This document shows, one piece after another, positions 22,796 through 32,001 of a stretch of 33,984 nt of DNA. Origin of the DNA: an uncultured bacterium (GTDB lineage: Bacteria; Verrucomicrobiota; Kiritimatiellia; CAIKKV01; CAITUY01); contig CAIZMS010000144.1 of the NCBI GenBank assembly GCA_903934155.1, positions 1 through 33,984 of the forward strand. Direction: 5' to 3'. The notes below the pieces were generated by a model. It saw nothing but the letters and a program-made list of their open reading frames with translations. It did no database searches and had not been told where the DNA came from. A program made the position numbers and the translations under genes. Positions within the stretch are counted from its first letter, which is position 1, and the number at the start of each line of letters is the position of its first letter.

Positions 22796-24337
22796 ATGTA
22801 TATGAAACAATGCCTTGTTGATATTGTCATGAGGACGGCCCTGATCGCCGCCTTGTCCGCTGGTAGGGTGGATGGGGCTGTGAACGGTGGGGCCTGCGCG
22901 TCGGTGCAGTCCACCACTGGCGCGCTAACCAATGGGCCCGTCCCCGGTTGGGAAGTGCCGTTGCGCCGCGATCTGGAGGCGATGGCGACACGGCTGGCCG
23001 GCACCTTAAAGCCGTGGACGGTCCCGGACTGCACGGTGCGGGTGCAGGATCATGGCGCCATCGGCGACGGCGTGACCGTCAACACCAAAGCCCTCCAAAA
23101 GGCGATTGATGCCTGTGCGGCCCAGGGCGGCGGGGTGGTCCTTTTTTCGAAAGGGGACTTCGTGACCGGCACCCTGGACCTCAGATCCGGAGTGATGATC
23201 GAGGTGGCCGGGGGGGCCAGGATCTTGGGCAGTACCCGGCTGGCGGATTATCCGGAGCGCATCGCCCGGCGGCGGACGGTGATGGATACCAATATGGGGA
23301 TGAATCAATCGCTGTTCTTCGCCGAGGGGTGCGAACGCATCGGGTTCCGCGGCAGGGGCGTGATTGACGGGCGCGGGACGAAACAGAATTTTCCGGGCGA
23401 ACAGACCGTTGTCTCGACGCCCGGCCGTCCCTTCCTGATCCGCGTGCTGGATAGCCGGAACATCCTGCTCGACGGCATCACGCTCAAGGATTCCCCCTGC
23501 TGGATGCAAAATTACCTCAATTGTGAAGACCTTATCTTCCAGGGCATTACGGTGGAGAACCAGGCCAATTGGAACAATGACGGCCTCGACATCGACGGGT
23601 GCCGGAACGTGATCGTTCGTGACTGTTTCCTGAATTCGGAGGATGATGCCCTGTGCTTCAAGGGCGCGAGCTTGAAACCGACCGAGAACGTTCTGGTGGA
23701 GAACTGCCGGATCTACAGTACCTGCAACGCGATCAAGTATGGGACCGATTCGCAGGGGGATTTTCGCAATGTCCTCATTCGGAACGTCGAGGCGGGCGGA
23801 CCGGCACCAACGATGCGCGCCCTGACCCCGCGGCTGGCCATATCCGGCATCGCGCTGGAGATCGTGGATGGAGGGACGCTGGAGAATGTCATGCTGTCCG
23901 GCATCCGGCTTGTGCGGTGCGAGTCCCCGGTTTTCCTGCGGCTGGGGGATCGCGGTCGCGTGATGCCCGGGATGCCGCGCCAGGCGCCCGGCGTCTTGCG
24001 CCGCGTGATCCTCGATCACCTTACCGGTGACGCCAACGGCAAACGGGGGTCCATTATCTCGGGGATCCCCGCCGCCAGTATCTCGGATGTCGTCATGCGG
24101 AATTTTCATCTGGTCGTCGCGGGGGGGGTGGGGGCCTGGCCGCCGGGCAAGCTGATTCCGGAAAAAATCGATGCCTATCCCGACGGCTGGATGTTTGGCC
24201 CGCTGGTTCCCTCCCATGGCTTCTGGATCCGGCACGCGCGGGATGTGACTTTCAGCGGAGGCCGGGTCGTGACGGAGAAGCCGGACGCCCGTCCGGTCCT
24301 TGCCACCGGCGTGAATGTCACCAATATCTCTTGGTGA
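22796..24337 (+). CDS. Glycoside hydrolase family 28-like enzyme (polygalacturonase/rhamnogalacturonase-type right-handed beta-helix)
   Basis: Possible starts are ATG 22796, 22802 and 22829; the signal-like segment is MRTALIAALSAGRVDGAV. The N-terminal motif VQDHGAIGDGVTVNTKALQKAIDACAAQGGGVVLFSKGDFVTG and the catalytic-region motifs NNDGLDIDGCRNVIVRDCFLNSEDDALCFKG and RIYSTCNAIKYGTDS fit GH28. Confidence 0.85.
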   Translation: MYMKQCLVDIVMRTALIAALSAGRVDGAVNGGACASVQSTTGALTNGPVPGWEVPLRRDLEAMATRLAGTLKPWTVPDCTVRVQDHGAIGDGVTVNTKALQKAIDACAAQGGGVVLFSKGDFVTGTLDLRSGVMIEVAGGARILGSTRLADYPERIARRRTVMDTNMGMNQSLFFAEGCERIGFRGRGVIDGRGTKQNFPGEQTVVSTPGRPFLIRVLDSRNILLDGITLKDSPCWMQNYLNCEDLIFQGITVENQANWNNDGLDIDGCRNVIVRDCFLNSEDDALCFKGASLKPTENVLVENCRIYSTCNAIKYGTDSQGDFRNVLIRNVEAGGPAPTMRALTPRLAISGIALEIVDGGTLENVMLSGIRLVRCESPVFLRLGDRGRVMPGMPRQAPGVLRRVILDHLTGDANGKRGSIISGIPAASISDVVMRNFHLVVAGGVGAWPPGKLIPEKIDAYPDGWMFGPLVPSHGFWIRHARDVTFSGGRVVTEKPDARPVLATGVNVTNISW

Positions 24338-24545
24338 AACGCCCGGCGCTGTTGGCTGGTGGGGCGTTAGAGGCTGTTTCTTGAAATGGTGATTTATAAA
24401 CCGGTAATGGCGTTTTTGCCCGCCGTCAATTGTGCCACCATTCACTTCCGACCGGTCAGGGATCGGGTTTTGGATCCGGAACGGGGAAGTTTGAACCTCT
24501 TCATTGGGGCCCCCTGCTTTGCGGGGGTCAGGAAGGAAAGTGACG

Positions 24546-25568
24546 ATGAGGCAAGCGGTGATGATGAGTGCGGGACGCATCGCCTTGCGTGAAACCGCGG
24601 CTCCTGTGCCCGGTCGCGGGCAGGTATTAATCCGGATCAAGCGGATTGGCGTGTGCGGTTCGGATGTCCATGTCTGGCATGGCAAACATCCCTTTGTGTC
24701 GTACCCATTGGTGCAGGGACACGAGTATGCGGGCGTGATCGAGGGCTGTGGGGAAGGGGTTACAGGCGTGGCGTGCGGGGATAAGGTCACGGCGACACCG
24801 CAGGAGGTGTGCGGCGTGTGTCCGCCCTGCCGTCGTGGCCAGTATAACGTCTGTGAGGCGCTGAAGGTGCGAGGGTTCCAGGCGCCGGGCTGTGCCCAGG
24901 ATTTCTTCGTGACCGAGGCGGACAAGCTTATCAAGTTGCCTTTTGATTTCACCTTTGAACAAGGCGCGTTCGTTGAGCCGGTCGCGGTGGCGGCCCATGT
25001 GACCGGTCGGATCGGCGACCTCAAAGGCCGGAACGTGGTGGTTTCGGGTGCCGGCACAATTGGCAACTTCGTGGCTCAAGCCTGCATGAGCCACGGCGCG
25101 GCCAGGGTTTTGATCACTGATATCAGCGCTTATCGCCTGGACATCGCGCGGCAGGTTGGTCTTCCCGCTGTCTGCAATGTCACGGAAACGAACTTGAAGG
25201 AGTCGGTAGAGCGGGAGTTTGGGGAAAATGGTTTCGATGTCGGCATCGAAGTGGCAGGGGTCGAGGCAAGCCTTGCCTCGCTCGTGAAGGGAATCGGGAA
25301 GGGGGGGACGGTTCTCATCGTCGGTGTATATGGCGCCAAGCCGCCGGTTGACATGTCGCTGGTTTGCGAACATGAGCTAACGATGAAAGGCTCGATGATG
25401 TATCGCCACGAGGATTGGGAGCAGGCTGTGCGATGGATCGAGTCGGGTGTCGTCCGGACGGGACCGCTGATTACCCGCCATTTTGCTTTTGAGGAGTATG
25501 CCGAGGCGTACCGGTTCATCGATACCCAAGGCGACAAGACCATGAAGGTGATGGTCGATGTCAACTGA
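24546..25568 (+). CDS. Zinc-dependent medium-chain alcohol/polyol dehydrogenase (sorbitol / L-idonate dehydrogenase-like)
   Basis: ATG 24546 follows AGGAAGGAAAG. Motifs are GVCGSDVHVWHG, GHEYAGVIEG, the structural-zinc Cys cluster CGVCPPCRRGQYNVC and the Rossmann motif VVVSGAGTIGN. Confidence 0.88.
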   Translation: MRQAVMMSAGRIALRETAAPVPGRGQVLIRIKRIGVCGSDVHVWHGKHPFVSYPLVQGHEYAGVIEGCGEGVTGVACGDKVTATPQEVCGVCPPCRRGQYNVCEALKVRGFQAPGCAQDFFVTEADKLIKLPFDFTFEQGAFVEPVAVAAHVTGRIGDLKGRNVVVSGAGTIGNFVAQACMSHGAARVLITDISAYRLDIARQVGLPAVCNVTETNLKESVEREFGENGFDVGIEVAGVEASLASLVKGIGKGGTVLIVGVYGAKPPVDMSLVCEHELTMKGSMMYRHEDWEQAVRWIESGVVRTGPLITRHFAFEEYAEAYRFIDTQGDKTMKVMVDVN

Positions 25569-25644
25569 CTCGCAGGCGGGCGCGGCTCCGCGGTTGTCAA
25601 GGGAACTGGCAGAACTGTTTTGTTAAATGGTGGTGAAAGGAAAC

Positions 25645-26826
25645 ATGAGCGAGACAAGTTCAAGGATAGAACCGGTTTGTTTTGATAAAAGTATAAAGGG
25701 GCTGCCGCCTGAAGTGGTCCATCAGGTCCGTTTGTCCAGTGGACGGATGATGCCCGTCGCGGCGTTTGGCACATTCCATTCTGACTGGGCACAGGCACAC
25801 ATAAAGGATGCCACGGTAGAGGCGATCCGGCTGGGCTGGCGCCACATCGACACGGCGCGGGCCTACGAGAATGAAGAGGTAGTCGGGGAAGCGATTCGCG
25901 AGGCGGTTCGCAAAGGATACATCGCCTCCGCCGGTAACCTGTTCATCACCGGGAAACTCTGGAACGGCCATATGGCTGCCAAGGATGTGGCGCCGGCCCT
26001 CGATGCCACCCTGAAGGCGCTGGGTGTTGAAAAGATCGACATGTATCTGAATCACTGGCCCTGGCCGAACGTGCACACGCCGGGATGCGCCGGCGAGCAC
26101 CGTAATCCTGATGCCGTACCCTATATCCACGAGCAGTTCCTGGAGACCTGGGGCGAAATCATGAAACAGAAGAAGGCGGGTAAGCTCGTGGATATAGGCA
26201 CCTCAAACCACACGCGGGCGACGATGAAGCTGTTACTCCGCGATGTGTCCAGGGCTGATCGGCCCGTTGTCAACCAGATGGAGATGCACCCGCTCTTCCA
26301 ACAGACGGATCTCCGGAGGTACTTCGAGTCAGAAGGGATTGTCTGCACTGGCTACATGTCGCTCGGTTCTCCCAACCGGCCCGCACGTGATACGTTCAAG
26401 GAACACCGCGCCGACATGGCCGATCCAGTGATTCAGGCTATCGCACGCGAACTCGGGGTCTCCCCCGCGCGGGTCTGCATCAACTGGGCCGTACAGCGGG
26501 AACGGAAGAGCGGCGGTTTTGTGGCCATGGCCACCCGTTCGGACTGGATTCGCGACAATCTCGAGGCCGCCAGGACCGATCTCCTTTCCCCGGAGCAATT
26601 GCTGCGGATATCGGGTGGCGGGACTCGGGAACATCCGGGAATCGACGCGAACAACCGGCTGATCTGGGGGCAGGTCTTCCTGTGGCCGGAGGCCGATGGC
26701 GATTGGCGTGTGCTGTGGAACGACAGCCAGGTGTTTGAAACAAATGAAAATTACCGGAAGTTCAAGGCGGCGTGGGAAGCGTATCACGCGATGCGGCAAC
26801 AAACGACCGTCAGGGTGCAGTCTTGA
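25645..26826 (+). CDS. Aldo-keto reductase family oxidoreductase
   Basis: ATG 25645 (alternative 25627). AKR motifs are GWRHIDTARAYENEE, FITGKLWN, IDMYLNHWP, VNQMEMHP and GYMSLGSP. Confidence 0.85.
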   Translation: MSETSSRIEPVCFDKSIKGLPPEVVHQVRLSSGRMMPVAAFGTFHSDWAQAHIKDATVEAIRLGWRHIDTARAYENEEVVGEAIREAVRKGYIASAGNLFITGKLWNGHMAAKDVAPALDATLKALGVEKIDMYLNHWPWPNVHTPGCAGEHRNPDAVPYIHEQFLETWGEIMKQKKAGKLVDIGTSNHTRATMKLLLRDVSRADRPVVNQMEMHPLFQQTDLRRYFESEGIVCTGYMSLGSPNRPARDTFKEHRADMADPVIQAIARELGVSPARVCINWAVQRERKSGGFVAMATRSDWIRDNLEAARTDLLSPEQLLRISGGGTREHPGIDANNRLIWGQVFLWPEADGDWRVLWNDSQVFETNENYRKFKAAWEAYHAMRQQTTVRVQS

Positions 26827-26920
26827 GGGAAACAGGCCTGGTCAACATCGCGATTAGCCTGCTGGTGTCGGGCGGAGGCAACCGGTGGTATCTGGAGAAA
26901 CCGTAAGAACAGATTAAAGA

Positions 26921-28645
26921 ATGAGGGGATCCATGGACGGGTTAAAATGGGCCATGAACTGGATCGATACGACGGTTTTGCTGGTCTATCTGGTTGGCAT
27001 CACGGCGTTCGGTATCTGGGTGGGATTCCGCAGGCATGCGTCATCCCGGCAATATTTCCTGGCGAATCAATCGCTGGGCTGGTTTACCGTGGGGGCGGCG
27101 GTGTTCACCTCGAACATTTCGACGATCCACCTGGTGGGGTTGGCGGCCGGCGGCGCGCGGGAGGGGATGGTCATTGGGAATTTCGAGTGGATGGCCTGCT
27201 TCACCCTCATGCTGCTGGCGTTGATCTTCGCGCCGTTCTACATCAATTCGAGGGTTTCCACGTTGCCTGAGTTCATGGAACGCCGGTACTGTCCCCAGGC
27301 CCGCACGTTTCTGGCGTTCATTGGCTTGCTGGGGGCATTGCTCATTCACATCGGCATCAGCCTATTCGCGGCCGCGAAGGTGTTCGAGAGTTTCCTGGGT
27401 GTGCCCATGGTCGTGACGATCGTGGTGCTGTCTCTTTTCACTGTGACCTACACGGCGCTGGGCGGGCTTAAGGCCGTGGTGATGACCGAAAACGTCCAGG
27501 TGGTCCTGTTGCTGGGGGGCGCCATTCTGGTGACCCTGCTGGGACTTCGCGCCCTGCCGGGGGTGGGGGTGCAGGATCTGGCGGGCTTCAAGGCGGCGGT
27601 GAACCCGGGGCAGTTGAACATGCTGCAGCCGGTGGTCAACGCGAAGGGGCATCTCAACGAATTCTCCTGGCTTGCGGTCCTGCTAGGGTACCCTATCCTG
27701 GGGATCTGGTACTGGTGTGCAGACCAGACGCATGTCCAGCGGGTGCTCGGTGCCCGGGATCTTCGGTCTGCCCAGAATGGCGCCCTTTTTGCCGGGTTCC
27801 TTAAGATCCTGCCGGTGTTTCTGATGGTGCTGCCGGGCGTGATCGGCTATGTCCTGTGGCAGAAAGGCGCCTTTACCCTGAAGATGGTGGAAGGGACCAC
27901 ACGCCCTGATTATAACACCATGTTGCCCGCGATGATCAATTACCTGGTGCCCATGGGGTTCAAGGGGTTGTTGGCCGCCGGCATGGCGGCGGCGTTGATG
28001 AGCTGCATGGCGGCGGCGCTCAACAGTTGTGCCACACTGATCTCAATGGACATCGTCAAGCGCATGCGGCCGGATACGCCGGATACCCGCGTGGTCACCA
28101 TCGGTCGAATCACGACGGCGGGCATCATGGTTCTGGCCATGCTCTGGTCCACGCAGGGGGACCAATTCGGAACAATTTTTGAAGCAATCAACAAGATCCC
28201 GATGACTTTCGCTCCGGCGGTGACGACGGTTTTTGTCCTGGGAATTTTCTGGAAGCGCGGAACCTGGCAGGCGGCGATGGCGACGCTTTATATCGGCTCC
28301 GTGATTGGAGCCGTTTATTTCATTGCCGATTTGCCAAAGGTCGGCACGGCGCTTCTCGGGCCGGAGAAGGTGTCGGCCGGTTTCAGCGGGCTGGTGACGG
28401 ATCCAGTGGCCGGGCTGGGAATCCCTTTCATGTTGGTGGGGCCGATTCTGGTGGTCGTGTGCACTGTCATATATGTGGTGACCAGTTTGGCGACCCCCGC
28501 CATGGATTCTCGGGAAGTGGCGAAAGTTTGCTGGGACCATCCGCTGGCCTTCCTCAAAGGGCGCGTTGCGGGTTTGGGTGATCCGCGCGTGATTGCCTTG
28601 ATTCTGGGGATCGTGGTTGGTGCCCTGTATTATGGGTTGCGTTAA
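26921..28645 (+). CDS. Sodium:solute symporter (SSS/SGLT family) sugar transporter
   Basis: ATG 26921 (alternative 26933). The protein is polytopic and hydrophobic throughout. The N-terminal signature is VLLVYLVGITAFGIWVGFRRHASSRQYFLANQSLGW, and YTALGGLKAVVMTENVQ is typical of SSS transporters. Confidence 0.88.
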   Translation: MRGSMDGLKWAMNWIDTTVLLVYLVGITAFGIWVGFRRHASSRQYFLANQSLGWFTVGAAVFTSNISTIHLVGLAAGGAREGMVIGNFEWMACFTLMLLALIFAPFYINSRVSTLPEFMERRYCPQARTFLAFIGLLGALLIHIGISLFAAAKVFESFLGVPMVVTIVVLSLFTVTYTALGGLKAVVMTENVQVVLLLGGAILVTLLGLRALPGVGVQDLAGFKAAVNPGQLNMLQPVVNAKGHLNEFSWLAVLLGYPILGIWYWCADQTHVQRVLGARDLRSAQNGALFAGFLKILPVFLMVLPGVIGYVLWQKGAFTLKMVEGTTRPDYNTMLPAMINYLVPMGFKGLLAAGMAAALMSCMAAALNSCATLISMDIVKRMRPDTPDTRVVTIGRITTAGIMVLAMLWSTQGDQFGTIFEAINKIPMTFAPAVTTVFVLGIFWKRGTWQAAMATLYIGSVIGAVYFIADLPKVGTALLGPEKVSAGFSGLVTDPVAGLGIPFMLVGPILVVVCTVIYVVTSLATPAMDSREVAKVCWDHPLAFLKGRVAGLGDPRVIALILGIVVGALYYGLR

Positions 28646-28669
28646 CCGACAAAATCAAACCAACAAAAA

Positions 28670-29842
28670 ATGAACAGTAATGAACGATTATTAACGAGCC
28701 TGGCTCACAAGGAGCCGGATCGTATTCCCTTCGATCTGGGGGGAACTCTGGTTACCGGGATCAATGTGAATGCACATCGCAGGCTGAGGCGCAGGCTGGG
28801 GTTGCCTGAAGAACCGGAGGTGCTCGACCGGGTGACGCAGATGGCTGAGACCGGTGATGATGTGCGCGAGAGGCTGGGGGTGGATGTGAAGAGCGTGCGC
28901 CCCCGATTCCCGTCACGGTCCGGTCTGGCACGGGACCTTGGTGTCGAAGGGGAGCATGACCGGTTGATCGACGAGTTCGGGATGGGGTGGCAGATGCCCG
29001 CTTCGGGGGGGCATTATTATGACTTGTACCTGAGTCCTTTGGCCGGCGTGACGACGGTTCGGGAGATTGAACGCTATCCCTGGCCCGACCCGCTCGACCC
29101 CGGCCGTTTCACAGGCTTGCGGGAGCGCGCTGATGCCGTGGTGCATGGCGAGGGGCGCGGGTTCGTTGCGGAACGGATGAGTTCCGGCATGTGGGAGCAC
29201 GCGATGTGGCTGCGGGGCTACGAGCAGTTTTATGCCGACATGGTTCTGGAGCCGGAACTGGTCCATGCGATCATGAGCAAGGAGCTCGAGCTGAAGATGG
29301 CGTACTGGGGCCGGGTGATCGAATTGCTCGAGGGGCACACGGTGATCATTTCCGAAGCCGATGATCTCGGGGGGCAGGACGGCCTCCTGGTTTCGTTGGA
29401 GATGTACAAGGAGCTGATCTGGCCCTATCATAAGAGGCTGTTTGAATTTCTCAAGGGCAAGGCCCGGAACGGAACGAAGGTCCTGATTTTCTTCCACAAC
29501 GATGGCGCGATCTTCGAGACGCTCCCCCTGCTGGTTGAGATCGGCGTGGATATCATGAACCCCTGGCAGGTCAACTGCCGCGGGATGGGTGACACGGCCA
29601 AATTCAAGCGGGAGTGGGGGAAGGATCTGACCATCTGGGGCGGCAGTTGTGATACGCAGCGGGTATTGCCATTCGGAACGCCCCAGGAGGTCCGGGACGA
29701 GACGCGGCGCCGGATCGAGGACCTGGCGCCGGGCGGCGGGTTTGTTTTTGCGCCGATTCATGTTATTCAGGGCGGTGTGCCTCCGGAGAACATCATGGCC
29801 TGGTGGGAGACGTTGCAGGAATACGGGAGTGGGGCGTCATGA
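28670..29842 (+). CDS. Uroporphyrinogen decarboxylase (URO-D) family protein, cytoplasmic; function here unknown
   Basis: ATG 28670 sits behind an A-rich leader with no SD (CAAAATCAAACCAACAAAAA). Similarity to the URO-D/MtaA-like fold is judged from EPDRIPFDLGG, DDLGGQDGLLVSLEMYKELIWPYHKRL, FFHNDGAIFETLPLLVEIGVDIMNPWQ and GGGFVFAPIHVIQ. Confidence 0.7.
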   Translation: MNSNERLLTSLAHKEPDRIPFDLGGTLVTGINVNAHRRLRRRLGLPEEPEVLDRVTQMAETGDDVRERLGVDVKSVRPRFPSRSGLARDLGVEGEHDRLIDEFGMGWQMPASGGHYYDLYLSPLAGVTTVREIERYPWPDPLDPGRFTGLRERADAVVHGEGRGFVAERMSSGMWEHAMWLRGYEQFYADMVLEPELVHAIMSKELELKMAYWGRVIELLEGHTVIISEADDLGGQDGLLVSLEMYKELIWPYHKRLFEFLKGKARNGTKVLIFFHNDGAIFETLPLLVEIGVDIMNPWQVNCRGMGDTAKFKREWGKDLTIWGGSCDTQRVLPFGTPQEVRDETRRRIEDLAPGGGFVFAPIHVIQGGVPPENIMAWWETLQEYGSGAS

Positions 29843-32001
29843 AACTGTTGACGGTGATGAAAAGGACGACATGGGTGTTGACCTTCGCGCTGACTGGGGC
29901 GGCGTCTGCCGAGACCACGGGGCCCGTGGCCAGATGGGCGTTCGACCAGGAGGTGATCCCGGCGAGCCTGGAACCCGGGAAAGCCTGTCCGAAACTGAAT
30001 GCCGTGGATTCGGTCAGCCGGACTCAGGACGCGGTCCTTGGCTATGGCACGTTCGGGCCCGGGGTGAGCGGCGGCGGGTTCAAGGGGGACGGATTCACGA
30101 GCCGCATCGTCCGCCGGGCCGACGCCGCGCCGGCACTGACGAACGCGTTCAGTATCGAGGCGTGGATCGCGCCGCAGGAATATCCCTGGAACTGGGCGGG
30201 ACTCGTGGATCAGGAGCAGGTCGCCAAGGCGTGGATCGGCGCGGCGCCAGTGCGCCAGGATCAGGGGCTGCCTGGCGAGGCGCAGGGAGGTAAGGCGGGA
30301 TATTCCCTTGGCATCAACAAGCTGGGGCAGGTCGGATTGTATGCCGCGATTGGCGGCCATTGGCAGGGTTGCCTCAGCCGCAACCCCGTGCCGTTGCTGC
30401 AGTGGTCGCATGTCGTCGGTGTCTTTGATCCGGGATCCGGGTTCGAAATTTATGTCGATGGCCAACGGGTGGGGGAAAACAGGATCCAGGGGGCCGTGAC
30501 TCCCGCCAGCGAGACGGACTTGTGGGTGGGCATGTCCCACCGCAAACAGGTGCCGGCGGGCACCGAGCGGGGACCGTCCGCACGGTTTTATTCCGCCATG
30601 GTTTTTGACGGGCTGCTCGATGAGGTGCGGCTCCACGGCCGCAGTCTTACGGCGGAGGCCATTCGCCGGGCTTTTGCCGAGGTGAAGGTGGCCGATCCCC
30701 GGCCCTTGCAGTACCGGAAGATTCCCACCGGCCCGGAAGGGAGCGGCCGGTTCGGCGCCTATTATGCCCGGCTGAAATACTGCCCGGAATGGGATCGCCT
30801 CTGGCGCGTGGCGGATCACCCTGATGTGGTCGTGCAGTTCGATGAATCGCCCACCAAGCTCATTTTCTGGCGCGGCACCGGCTACATCCCCTACTGGGCC
30901 GCGGAGAACGGGGTTTGTGTTGCGGATGAGGGGGCCGAGAGTGGCAATGCTTGGGGCTGCTGCGAAGCGATGTCCGACAAGCAGTGCCGCTATTCCCATG
31001 TCCGTATCATCGAGAGCACCCCCGCGCGCGCGGTGATCCACTGGCGGACCGCCAGCCCCGATATCCGCTACGAGTCCAATCAGGTCAATCCCGATACCGG
31101 TTGGGGCGAGTGGACGGACGAGTACTACTATACCTATCCCGACGGTGTCAGCGTGCGGTATCAACTGGTTCACAGCGATGGCGTGAGCGGCTGGATGGAG
31201 TTCCAGCAAACCCAGACGCTCAACCAGCCCGGGACGCGTCCACAGGACAATCTGGAGACAGAGGCGATCACCGTCATGAACATGAACGGCGAGACGGGAA
31301 GTTACATCTGGGACAAGCCGTATGGCCGATGGGGCAAGCCTCTGGACAACGCCACTATCCAGGTGACGAATCTCAAGGCGCGTAACCGCCATTATGTCAT
31401 TGGGGAAACCGGGTCGAAGTGGATTCCGTTCTCCTTCGGGGCGCCGCCGTGGACGTATTTCCCCTGCTGGAACCACTGGCCGGTGGCGCAGGTGCCTAAT
31501 GACGGCCGGGTCGCTGCCGCTCCAGACAGACCGAGCAGTTCCTGCTGCGGCACGCTCGTTCCGGTAAAGCACAAGATCGATGCCGTGACCATGTCCGCCT
31601 GTAACCTCTACGGCATGACCGACCAGCCGGTTCGGACATTGGTGACGCTGGCTCGTTCGTGGAACTTCCCGGCCGAAATGAAAGTGGCGACCGAGGGGGT
31701 CGGGAGCCTGGGGTACGACAAGAATCAGCGGGCCTACGTCCTGGACGTCAACGGGGGGCAACCGCCCTCGAAACTGGAGTTGAAACTCATGGGCAGTTCC
31801 CAATCGCCGGTACTCAATCCCGCGTTTGTGATCCGCAACTGGGGTGAATCCGGGGTGAACGTCATGCTCGATGGCAAGGGTATGCCCCGTGGTAGGACGT
31901 TTCGTTGCGGGTACGTCAACACCCTCGGGGGATGCGACCTAATCATCTGGCTCAAGCATGAGTCGGAGCAGCCTGTGGCCATCACGCTGGAGAAACGATG
32001 A
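29839..32001 (+). CDS. Secreted protein with an N-terminal LamG/concanavalin-like domain and a ~450-aa C-terminal domain of unknown family
   Basis: ATG 29839 overlaps the previous stop (ATGA). Signal peptide MKLLTVMKRTTWVLTFALTGAASA. LamG_3-type motifs are FSIEAWIAPQEYP, WSHVVGVFDPGSGFEIYVDGQRVG and FDGLLDEVRLHGRSLTAEAI. The remainder (e.g. CWNHWPVAQVPNDGR) is unassigned. Confidence 0.8.
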   Translation: MKLLTVMKRTTWVLTFALTGAASAETTGPVARWAFDQEVIPASLEPGKACPKLNAVDSVSRTQDAVLGYGTFGPGVSGGGFKGDGFTSRIVRRADAAPALTNAFSIEAWIAPQEYPWNWAGLVDQEQVAKAWIGAAPVRQDQGLPGEAQGGKAGYSLGINKLGQVGLYAAIGGHWQGCLSRNPVPLLQWSHVVGVFDPGSGFEIYVDGQRVGENRIQGAVTPASETDLWVGMSHRKQVPAGTERGPSARFYSAMVFDGLLDEVRLHGRSLTAEAIRRAFAEVKVADPRPLQYRKIPTGPEGSGRFGAYYARLKYCPEWDRLWRVADHPDVVVQFDESPTKLIFWRGTGYIPYWAAENGVCVADEGAESGNAWGCCEAMSDKQCRYSHVRIIESTPARAVIHWRTASPDIRYESNQVNPDTGWGEWTDEYYYTYPDGVSVRYQLVHSDGVSGWMEFQQTQTLNQPGTRPQDNLETEAITVMNMNGETGSYIWDKPYGRWGKPLDNATIQVTNLKARNRHYVIGETGSKWIPFSFGAPPWTYFPCWNHWPVAQVPNDGRVAAAPDRPSSSCCGTLVPVKHKIDAVTMSACNLYGMTDQPVRTLVTLARSWNFPAEMKVATEGVGSLGYDKNQRAYVLDVNGGQPPSKLELKLMGSSQSPVLNPAFVIRNWGESGVNVMLDGKGMPRGRTFRCGYVNTLGGCDLIIWLKHESEQPVAITLEKR

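Noticed and set aside
24338-24368. A rho-independent terminator after the GH28 gene (AACGCCC ... GGGCGTT).
   Set aside because: The stem is only 7 bp, the loop is 17 nt and there is no downstream T-run. It is too weak to call. I found no convincing intrinsic terminators elsewhere in the window.
28646-28669. The A-rich leader with no SD (CCGACAAAATCAAACCAACAAAAA) before the URO-D-like gene, as a special regulatory element.
   Set aside because: It is only 24 nt with no secondary structure or repeat. It most likely just allows SD-independent or re-initiation-type translation after the symporter gene. There is not enough signal to call a feature.
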